From positions 1 to 53,556 of IMG/VR virus record IMGVR_UViG_3300048838_000256: DNA of 53,556 bases; one strand, 5' to 3'. Of the stretch, positions 8,595-15,445 are shown in pieces; position 1 is the first letter of the stretch, and each line of letters starts with the position of its first letter. The notes beneath the pieces are model-generated. The model did no database searches, was not told the DNA's origin, and worked only from the letters and a program-made list of their open reading frames with translations. Source of the stretch: a virus. Taxonomy: Duplodnaviria; Caudoviricetes. Made by a program: the position numbers and the translations under genes.

Positions 8595-8767
8595 GCATGA
8601 AGCAGAAGCAGCATCGCCCCAAGCACCGCGCGCCGCACGGCAGCCCGATCTACACCACCCGCATCGGCGCGTGGGTGACGGCGAAGCAGCACAAGTGGGT
8701 CAAGCGCAACGGCGGCAGCGCATACCTGCGCGACCTGATCGCCGACGACATGCAGCGGGGGAAGTGA
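8591..8767 (+). CDS. Small basic ribbon-helix-helix-like protein
   Basis: TRIGAWVT..QHKWVKRNGGSAYLRDLI; ATGA overlap. Confidence 0.55.
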   Translation: MSMKQKQHRPKHRAPHGSPIYTTRIGAWVTAKQHKWVKRNGGSAYLRDLIADDMQRGK

Positions 8768-8877
8768 TGCCCGCGCCCATCACCGTCGAGCACTACCGCC
8801 TTCCCTGGCGCCGCCGCGTGCGGCGCCTCCTGAAGAACCTCTGGCGGTTCCTGACCGCCTCCACCCTGGAGCTCTGA
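8767..8877 (+). CDS. Small basic peptide
   Basis: TGATG overlap; fills the gap before the recombinase. Confidence 0.45.
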   Translation: MPAPITVEHYRLPWRRRVRRLLKNLWRFLTASTLEL

Positions 8878-8879
8878 GC

Positions 8880-9908
8880 ATGGACACCATCACCTACGAC
8901 GCGAAGACCGACAAGGTCGTCGTCGCGCACACCGACCTGCAGGTCATCGAGCCCGGCCAGCACGACCGCATGAAGTACATCGGCGGCGCGGACATTGCGG
9001 CCGTCATCGGCATCAGCCCGTGGCGCACGCCGCACGAACTGTGGCTGGACAAGAGCCGGCCGCGGGTCGAGGGCGCGATGGGCCGGCGCAACCCCAAGGC
9101 GCGCGGCGTGCGGTGGGAGTCCGTCGTCGCGGAAATGCTCGTCGAGCAGCTGCAGGAGGACGGCCACGATGTCGAGATCGTCGCGATGAACCGGCGCTAC
9201 AAGGACGCCGACCTGCCGTTCCTGGCCTCCGAGATCGACTTCGAGATCATCCTCGACGGCGAGGACGAGATCACGAACGTCGAACTGAAGACCGTCCACC
9301 CGTTCAAGCTGGTAAAGGACGGCTGGGGCGAGTCGGGCACGGACCAGATGCCCACCCACTACACGGCCCAGGTGATGCACGGCCTGGGCGTGACGCGCCG
9401 GCGCAAGGGGATCCTGGCGGCCCTGTTCGGCGCCGACGAACTGCGCGCCTACCCGGTGGCGGCCGACGACGCGGTCATCAACTACCTGCGCGGCGAGGCG
9501 CGGCGGTTCTGGAACAACCACGTGATCGAGGGCGTGGCGCCGCCGCCGATCAACCTAAAGGATCTCGACCGGCTCTACCCGAAGGAGCTCGAAGGCGGCG
9601 CGCCGCTGCTGGCCGACGAGGGCCTGGTGCACGCGCTGCTGCGCCTGCGCGCGGTCGACAAGGAGATCAAGGCGCGCGAGGCCGAGGCCCTGACCCTGGA
9701 GTTCGAGGTCAAGCAGCACATGAAGGACGCGGTCGCGGTCGTGCTGCCCAACGGCAAGACGGCCGTGGAGTGGAAGCTCCGCGAGGGCAAGGCGCTCGAC
9801 CACGATGCGCTCAAGGAAGCTCTCGGCGTCAAGGGCTACCAGAAGGCGCACAAGCCCTGGCAGTCCCGCGTGTTCTCGCTCAAGCCGTTCGCCACCGAAG
9901 GGCTCTGA
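8880..9908 (+). CDS. yqaJ: YqaJ-like viral recombinase (lambda-exonuclease family)
   Basis: R.KYIGGADIAAVIGISPWRTP.ELWLDK, FLASEID, ELKT, P.HY..QV.H.L.V, FW.NHV....PP. Confidence 0.92.
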   Translation: MDTITYDAKTDKVVVAHTDLQVIEPGQHDRMKYIGGADIAAVIGISPWRTPHELWLDKSRPRVEGAMGRRNPKARGVRWESVVAEMLVEQLQEDGHDVEIVAMNRRYKDADLPFLASEIDFEIILDGEDEITNVELKTVHPFKLVKDGWGESGTDQMPTHYTAQVMHGLGVTRRRKGILAALFGADELRAYPVAADDAVINYLRGEARRFWNNHVIEGVAPPPINLKDLDRLYPKELEGGAPLLADEGLVHALLRLRAVDKEIKAREAEALTLEFEVKQHMKDAVAVVLPNGKTAVEWKLREGKALDHDALKEALGVKGYQKAHKPWQSRVFSLKPFATEGL

Positions 9909-9942
9909 TCCCCAACGCTCACCAACCACGAAAGGAACCCAC

Positions 9943-10848
9943 GTGAGCACGAACCAACTCCGGCAGATGGCCGGATCCAACGCGCCGGCCAAGGGCGGCG
10001 GCAACGAGGTCGCCAGGTTCTCGGCGTTCATGGACAAGCTCAAGCCGCAGCTGGCGCTGGCGCTGCCGCGGCACATGAACGCCGATCGCATGGCCCGCCT
10101 GGCGCTGACGGCCTTCAGCACGAACCACGACCTGCAGGCCTGCAGCCCGCACAGCATCGCGGCCAGCATCATGACCGCGGCGCAAATGGGCCTGGAGCCC
10201 GGCATCGGCGGCCAGGGCTACCTGATCCCCTACAAGGGCACGTGCACCTTCGTGCCCGGCTGGAAGGGTCTGGTCGATCTGGTGGCGCGCGCCGGCCGCG
10301 CGACGGTCTGGACCGGTGCGGTGCGCGAGGGTGACGCCTTCGAGTACCAACTGGGCGACGCGCCGTTCTGCCGCCACGTGCCGGGCGACGACGCGGACGA
10401 CGCGGCCCCGTTCACGCACGTCTACGCCATCGGGCGCGTGCGCGACGCGGCCATGCCGGTGATCGAGGTCTGGTCGCGCAACAAGGTGATGAAGCACCTG
10501 CGCCAGTACAACAAGGTCGGCCAGCGCCACTACGCCAACTCCGGCGAGAACAACCTCGAAATGTACGGGCGCAAGGTGGCCCTGCTGCAGGTGCTCAAGT
10601 ACATGCCCGCGAGCATCGAACTGCAGAACGCCATCGACGTGACGCACGCGGCCGAGGAAGGCAAGGGCGTGGTACTCGAAGGCAACTTCGTGCACGTCAC
10701 CGAGCCGGATCCAGACCCCGAAACCGTCGAGATCCGCGGCGCCGGCAACGTCGGCCAGGAGGCCGGCCAGCAGCAGGGCGGCGGCGACGACTTCGTCGGC
10801 GACATGGAAGTCGAAGAACGCGCCGGTGCGGCGCAGGGGGCGAAGTGA
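9943..10848 (+). CDS. recT: RecT single-strand annealing protein
   Basis: ALPRHM.ADRM.R.AL, L..C...S......AAQ.GLEP...GQGYLIPY, GWKGLVDL..R, V.EGD.F.Y.LG; AAAGGA SD before GTG. Confidence 0.93.
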   Translation: MSTNQLRQMAGSNAPAKGGGNEVARFSAFMDKLKPQLALALPRHMNADRMARLALTAFSTNHDLQACSPHSIAASIMTAAQMGLEPGIGGQGYLIPYKGTCTFVPGWKGLVDLVARAGRATVWTGAVREGDAFEYQLGDAPFCRHVPGDDADDAAPFTHVYAIGRVRDAAMPVIEVWSRNKVMKHLRQYNKVGQRHYANSGENNLEMYGRKVALLQVLKYMPASIELQNAIDVTHAAEEGKGVVLEGNFVHVTEPDPDPETVEIRGAGNVGQEAGQQQGGGDDFVGDMEVEERAGAAQGAK

Positions 10849-11087
10849 TGGCTGCTCGCATCTACGCCGTCTACCACCGCACCACCGGCGTCGTGCGCCT
10901 CGTGCGCGCGGCGCACCCCGCCCGGGCCCGCGACCACGTCGCGGCCAGCACCTACGACGTGCGTGTCGCGTCGCAGGACGACATCGTCGCCGCGATGTCG
11001 GACGGCACCAAGGTCGAGACGGCCGGCGCCGAGCCGGATCCCGAGCCCGAGACGGATCCGCAGCAGCAGACGCTGCCGGTCGAGTGA
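10845..11087 (+). CDS. Hypothetical protein
   Basis: RIY.V....RLVRA....AR.HVA...V.VA.QDD; overlaps recT stop. Confidence 0.7.
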   Translation: MMAARIYAVYHRTTGVVRLVRAAHPARARDHVAASTYDVRVASQDDIVAAMSDGTKVETAGAEPDPEPETDPQQQTLPVE

Positions 11088-11224
11088 TGTCAAGCCGGCC
11101 TGGCAAGGCGCATGGCCGATGCGCGCAGGCGGCCCGGGGTGGCGAGCCCCGGACTCATAGCACCGTGGCCCGCGGTGACGAATCGGCCAGGGCGACCACC
11201 ACCTGACCCCTGGAGCACACCACC

Positions 11225-11584
11225 ATGTACGAAGTCCCCAAGCCGCGCGACGCGGCCACCGACGTCTCCGAGTTCATCACCGACCTCGACGGCGGCCAAC
11301 TGGAAACGATGCTGTCCGTCGCGCTTTCCAAGACCGCGGCGGCGGTCGTCGACAACGGCAAGAAGGGCAAGGTCGCGCTCGAGCTGGAGTTCGAGCAGAT
11401 CAAGCAGACCCATCAGGTCGTCGTCAGCCACAAGCTCGTGTTCAAGGCGCCCAGCCGCCTGGGCAGCACGTCCGAAGAGGTCAAGGGCGCGAGCGTGCTG
11501 CACGTCGGCAAGGGCGGCCGGCTCTCGCTGGCGCAGCAGCGCCTGATCGACGAGGGCGCGCAGGCCAAGCTCCCCAACACCTGA
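11225..11584 (+). CDS. YfdP-like phage protein
   Basis: TDVSEFITDLDGG...ALS..A..VV..GKKGKV.L; precedes the YfdQ-like gene. Confidence 0.7.
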   Translation: MYEVPKPRDAATDVSEFITDLDGGQLETMLSVALSKTAAAVVDNGKKGKVALELEFEQIKQTHQVVVSHKLVFKAPSRLGSTSEEVKGASVLHVGKGGRLSLAQQRLIDEGAQAKLPNT

Positions 11585-11600
11585 CCCACCAAGGAACACC

Positions 11601-12461
11601 ATGATCGAGAAAGACACCCTCCAGTCCCTGATGCAGGGTCCGGCCATCGAGGAAGCTCGCGCGTCGATCAACGCGGCGATGCTGATGGACGGCCCCGGCC
11701 TGGTCGCGCTGCCCGACAACTTCGACATCAACGATCTGGAGAACAAGCTCCCGCATCGGCGCCGCGCCCGCGGCACGATGACGACGCCGTCGATCGAGCA
11801 CTTCGCGGCCTACACCAAGCAGCACGCCGAAGACGGCGCGACCGTGTTCGTGAACAAGGTGACGGCCGTGGCCGTGCTCAACCTGGGCACGCCGGACAAC
11901 CCGGGGCAGGCCGACAACGCGGCAATGCTGTCCCTGGAAGCCACGGCAGCCTACAAGGCGCTGTACGACCTGCTGAACCTGTCCAGCCGCGGCGGCGTGT
12001 CGCAGCGCCAACTGGCCGAGTTCCTCGAGGACTGGGCGCACCAGATCGCGTGCCAGACTGGCATGGGCGACGCCATCGAGACGCGCAAGGCCTGCGACGC
12101 GGTGCGGCGCATCACGATCGAGTCGGCGCGCAAGGTCGAGGCCGAAGAGCAGTCGCTGAGTGCCGAGCGCAGCGTGATGGAGTCGGTCGCGGCGACCAGC
12201 AAGAACGCGCCGCTGCCCGAGTTCATCCTGTTCTCCTGCGCGCCGTTCGCGTGCTTGAGCAGCCGCGTGTTCGTGATGCGCTTGTCGGTGCGCACCGGCG
12301 ACGCGAACAAGCCGTCCCTGTCGCTGGGCGTGCACCTGATCCGCGAGGAAGAGCACGCCGAGCAGATGGCCCAGGAGCTCGCCGACAAGGTCAAGTGGGC
12401 GCTGATGGGCGGCGAGAACGACATCCCGGTCTACCTGGGCGAGTACCGCCCGCGCCAGTGA
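11601..12461 (+). CDS. yfdQ: YfdQ/DUF2303 family protein
   Basis: RRRARG...T.SI..F..Y, AVLNLGT...PG.ADN.A, SQ..LAEFLEDW, AVRRITIE, SVMESV.A.S. Confidence 0.88.
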   Translation: MIEKDTLQSLMQGPAIEEARASINAAMLMDGPGLVALPDNFDINDLENKLPHRRRARGTMTTPSIEHFAAYTKQHAEDGATVFVNKVTAVAVLNLGTPDNPGQADNAAMLSLEATAAYKALYDLLNLSSRGGVSQRQLAEFLEDWAHQIACQTGMGDAIETRKACDAVRRITIESARKVEAEEQSLSAERSVMESVAATSKNAPLPEFILFSCAPFACLSSRVFVMRLSVRTGDANKPSLSLGVHLIREEEHAEQMAQELADKVKWALMGGENDIPVYLGEYRPRQ

Positions 12462-12468
12462 TCGACCC

Positions 12469-12777
12469 ATGGCCGGCCTGACGTTCACGCCCGAAGAACT
12501 CGTCGACCTGACGGAGTACGAGCAGCCCGCCCGGCAGATTGCCCTTCTGCACCGTCGCGGGTTCTGGCGGGCGTACATCGGCCGGCATGGGCGTGTCGTG
12601 CTGGAGCGAGCGCACTACGATGCGGTCTGCCGCGGGGAGGCCGCGGCACCGGACCGCACCCCGAAGGTGCGAGGACGCGCAGGAGTGCGTCGTGAAGAAA
12701 GACCCAGCCCTTCCACCAAGGGTGTTCCCGCACGGCCGCTGGTATCGCATCGCGGTGGCCAGGGGCAGCAAGCGTGA
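12469..12777 (+). CDS. xis: Excisionase-like protein (DUF4224 type)
   Basis: TPEELVDLT.Y..PARQ...L...G...GR.GR.V; directly upstream of and overlapping the integrase. Confidence 0.75.
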   Translation: MAGLTFTPEELVDLTEYEQPARQIALLHRRGFWRAYIGRHGRVVLERAHYDAVCRGEAAAPDRTPKVRGRAGVRREERPSPSTKGVPARPLVSHRGGQGQQA

Positions 12778-13780
12778 GTGGACGAACCTGTCCCTCGTGG
12801 CCGATGGCCTGCCTGCTCTGTGGCGGGCCTACCGCGCCTTCGACGCCGACCCGGCGCTGTACCTCATGCCCGCGCTCATCGCGGACTGGCAGGACCGCGT
12901 GCTCGCCGGCAAGGCGCCCAAGACCCGCGAGGACACCAACCGGATGCTGGTGTACGTGGCCGACGCCTTCGCGGAGTTCAAGCCCGACGAGATCACCCCG
13001 CCGCACTGCGTCGAGTTCCTGGCGGCCTGGTCGGGCAAGGCGCGCAGCTTCAACAAGTACCGCGCCCTGCTGCGCGAACTGTTTCGCTTCGCCATCGAGG
13101 TCGGCCAGCGCCCCGTGGGCACGAATCCCGTGGATGGCGTCATCCGCACCAAGGCCGAACGCCCGCGCCAGCGGTGCCCGACCACCAGCGAGATCCGCCG
13201 CGTCAAGCTCGGGTGCCTGTACGGCGCCAGCGGCGGCCGGCGCAGCCGCACGGTGCGCACGCGCTCTGGCCTGACCATGTGCGCGCTGATCGAGGTCGCC
13301 TACCTGACCGGCCAGGACATCGGCCGCATCATCGCCCTGCGCGAGACGGCCAGCGCCGACCCAAACGAGCCGTTCCTGACCCGCGAGGGCATCAGCTTCC
13401 GGCGCAGCAAGACCGGAGGCCGCGTCGTCATCGAGTGGACCCCCAGGCTGCAGGCGGCCATCGCGGCGCTGCGCCGCATCAAGGCCGAGCGCATGCTGCG
13501 CCAGCGGGCCGAGCAGCGCGTGGAGACGCCCTACCTGTTCACGATCCAGACGGGCGAGCCAATGACCTACGAGGCGGCATCGAACGCTTGGCAGCGGGGC
13601 ATGAAGCGCGCCCAGGTGCAGCACTTCATGCTGCGCGACATCCGCGCCCGCGCGCTGACCGACAAGGATGCCAAAGAAGGTCGCCGCGAGGCCCGGAAGA
13701 TGAGCACTCACACCACCGAGGGGCAGTTGACCGACTACCTTCGGAACCACAACCCTGCGACTACGAAGGCGACGGCATGA
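12692..13780 (+). CDS. int: Tyrosine integrase
   Basis: LPPRV arm domain, TNPV, YLTGQ, SKTG, RDIR, H...Y; AGGAG SD before GTG 12692; adjacent attP. Confidence 0.9.
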   Translation: MKKDPALPPRVFPHGRWYRIAVARGSKREWTNLSLVADGLPALWRAYRAFDADPALYLMPALIADWQDRVLAGKAPKTREDTNRMLVYVADAFAEFKPDEITPPHCVEFLAAWSGKARSFNKYRALLRELFRFAIEVGQRPVGTNPVDGVIRTKAERPRQRCPTTSEIRRVKLGCLYGASGGRRSRTVRTRSGLTMCALIEVAYLTGQDIGRIIALRETASADPNEPFLTREGISFRRSKTGGRVVIEWTPRLQAAIAALRRIKAERMLRQRAEQRVETPYLFTIQTGEPMTYEAASNAWQRGMKRAQVQHFMLRDIRARALTDKDAKEGRREARKMSTHTTEGQLTDYLRNHNPATTKATA

Positions 13781-13984
13781 GCTACACGCACCACAGCATG
13801 ATCGAAGACAAATACATCGTAGGCAGCGCGCCGTTCGCTGTACTGAAGGCGCCACCGCCGCCGGCCATTGACGGACCAGCAGTGCGACCAGATTCTCGAC
13901 GGCCTGCAGCGGTGCCATGCGCAAGCATCTGCGCGCGAGTTCCTGCGAACATGGGTGCGCGACTGGGCCGCGCACCGGACATGA

Positions 13985-14170
13985 CCGTTACCAGAACCGG
14001 CCTCCGTTACCAGCAAGATGGTCGGGGTGAGAGGACTCGAACCTCCGACCCACTGCTCCCAAAGCAGTGCGAGATTCCTGACACGATAAGCACTTAGCTG
14101 CGATTCTGGTAACGCAACCGGCGCAGCGCAACCCCACGTTTCCCAGGTGACGCCATCCGGCCGTTACCAG
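13985..14170. repeat. Integrase arm-type sites of attP
   Basis: CCGTTACCAG at 13985, 14004 and 14161; inverted CTGGTAACG at 14106; flank the tRNA-derived core. Confidence 0.8.
14019..14071 (-). other. attP: attP core: 3' part of tRNA-Pro(UGG), not a complete tRNA
   Basis: Minus strand CGCACTGCTTTGGGAGCAGTGGGTCGGAGGTTCGAGTCCTCTCACCCCGACCA: anticodon arm (TGG), T arm, acceptor strand and CCA; the 5' acceptor strand and D arm are absent. Confidence 0.92.
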
Positions 14171-14186
14171 CTTTCGTGCGCCTACT

Positions 14187-14229
14187 GCATAGCATTTCGC
14201 TTGCCAGCAGCGCAGCATGTCGCTATTAT
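14187..14229 (+). promoter_or_regulatory. Sigma70-type promoter with two operator-like sites
   Basis: TTGCCA (14201), 17 nt, TATTAT (14224); GCATAGCATTTCGC (14187) and GCGCAGCATGTCGC (14210). Confidence 0.75.
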
Positions 14230-14256
14230 TGAGGCGTGGAAAGAAAGGAGCGTTGC

Positions 14257-14325
14257 ATGAAGTACCTGAAGGTGAACGCGGCTCTCGAAGTGGTCGACAT
14301 GTCGCGGCTCAACCCGGAGTTCTGA
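14257..14325 (+). CDS. 22-aa peptide MKYLKVNAALEVVDMSRLNPEF
   Basis: AAAGGAG SD 6 nt upstream; first ORF after the promoter; ends 2 nt before the next ATG. Confidence 0.55.
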   Translation: MKYLKVNAALEVVDMSRLNPEF

Positions 14326-14327
14326 CG

Positions 14328-14591
14328 ATGGCCCAGCAACCCGACAACAAGCCCGGCGCCTACTACGTGAGCGTGCGGCGCAGCGATGGCGACTACCGGT
14401 TCCTGCTGGGGCCGTTCGTGGACGACCACGGCAAGGCCCTGGCCCAGGTCGACGCGGTGCGCGCGAAGGCCGAGCAGCTGGACCCCAAGGCGGTCTGGTA
14501 CGACTTCGGCACGGCGCGGATCGACATCCAGCCTGACCGGGTGCCCCCGGCCGGGATCCTCAACCCCTACTTCCCGGAGGTCATGCAATGA
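14328..14591 (+). CDS. Hypothetical protein
   Basis: YYVSV...Y.FLLGPF..H..AL..V...WY.FGT; GC3 bias. Confidence 0.75.
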   Translation: MAQQPDNKPGAYYVSVRRSDGDYRFLLGPFVDDHGKALAQVDAVRAKAEQLDPKAVWYDFGTARIDIQPDRVPPAGILNPYFPEVMQ

Positions 14592-14791
14592 ACATCGAAG
14601 TGAGCGTGCGCAGCAACTACGGCGCGCCGGCGATCTACCCGGAGAACGACGCGGCCAAGGTGCTCGCGCAGATCGCGGGCACGAAGACCCTGTGCCCCCG
14701 CGTGCTCGAACTGGCGCGCGACCTGGGCCTGCGGGTGGTCGACGTGACGCCCGCGCCCTCCATCCTCGACCGATTCAAGGAGGCCGCGTGA
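14588..14791 (+). CDS. Hypothetical protein
   Basis: GGAGG SD; YG...IYP....A..LA.IAGTKTL. Confidence 0.75.
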   Translation: MNIEVSVRSNYGAPAIYPENDAAKVLAQIAGTKTLCPRVLELARDLGLRVVDVTPAPSILDRFKEAA

Positions 14792-15036
14792 ACTACGACA
14801 TCCTCCCCCTGAAGGACAAGATCGACGCCTATGTGCAGCAGCGCATGCCCGTCGGCAACTTCCTCTTCGCGCTGCTGTCCAACGACCTGAAGGAAGCGGT
14901 CGGCCGCGCCGACGACACGAACGTCCGCCTGCTGCGCGAGTACGTGATCTACCTCTACAACGAGATCCCGGCCGCGTGCTGGGGCTCACCCGAGAAGGTC
15001 GACGCGTGGCTCAACCCGCAACCGGAGGGCGCGTGA
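14788..15036 (+). CDS. Hypothetical protein
   Basis: AAGGAGG SD and GTG; G.FL.ALLSNDL.EAV.RAD..N..CWGSPEKV.AW. Confidence 0.75.
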   Translation: MNYDILPLKDKIDAYVQQRMPVGNFLFALLSNDLKEAVGRADDTNVRLLREYVIYLYNEIPAACWGSPEKVDAWLNPQPEGA

Positions 15037-15230
15037 TGCCCTGCATGTGCGGCGCGATCGACTGCCCCTCCTGCGGCCCGGCACAGGGCTACGAAGTGGT
15101 CCGAGTCTGGATCAGCCGCCTCAGGCGGTTTCGGACAATGACCCGCGAAGACGCGCTCGAAGAGGGGTTCGTCGTGGACGACGATGGGGACATCGTTGAG
15201 GATGATGAGCGCGAGGAGGAGGACGCATGA
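15036..15230 (+). CDS. Small Cys-cluster protein with acidic tail
   Basis: MPCMCGAIDCPSCG; Asp/Glu-rich C-terminus. Confidence 0.6.
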   Translation: MPCMCGAIDCPSCGPAQGYEVVRVWISRLRRFRTMTREDALEEGFVVDDDGDIVEDDEREEEDA

Positions 15231-15445
15231 CATCTACCCTCCTGCGCCACGGCGCGAAGCGGAAAGCGGCGGCCAAGCGCCTGCGGCCCCGCCTGCTGCG
15301 CGTTGACGTGGCCGAGGACTTCGACAGCGTGCGCCGGTCGTACTGGCGCGAGGCGCGGCCCGATGACGTCGTCCCGCTCCAGCGCCGATCGCCCGACTGG
15401 CCGCCCACCTACCTGCAACTGCTTGCCAGGCGCTTCGGGCCCTAG
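15227..15445 (+). CDS. Small basic hypothetical protein
   Basis: GGAGGA SD, ATGA overlap; stop overlaps the convergent stop of the giant gene (CTAG). Confidence 0.5.
   Translation: MTSTLLRHGAKRKAAAKRLRPRLLRVDVAEDFDSVRRSYWREARPDDVVPLQRRSPDWPPTYLQLLARRFGP

Noticed and set aside
14019-14071. Complete tRNA-Pro gene
   Set aside because: The 5' acceptor strand and D arm are missing; better explained as the attP core
13985-14170. CRISPR-like mini-array
   Set aside because: Repeats are only 9-10 bp, irregularly spaced, one inverted; they fit integrase arm sites
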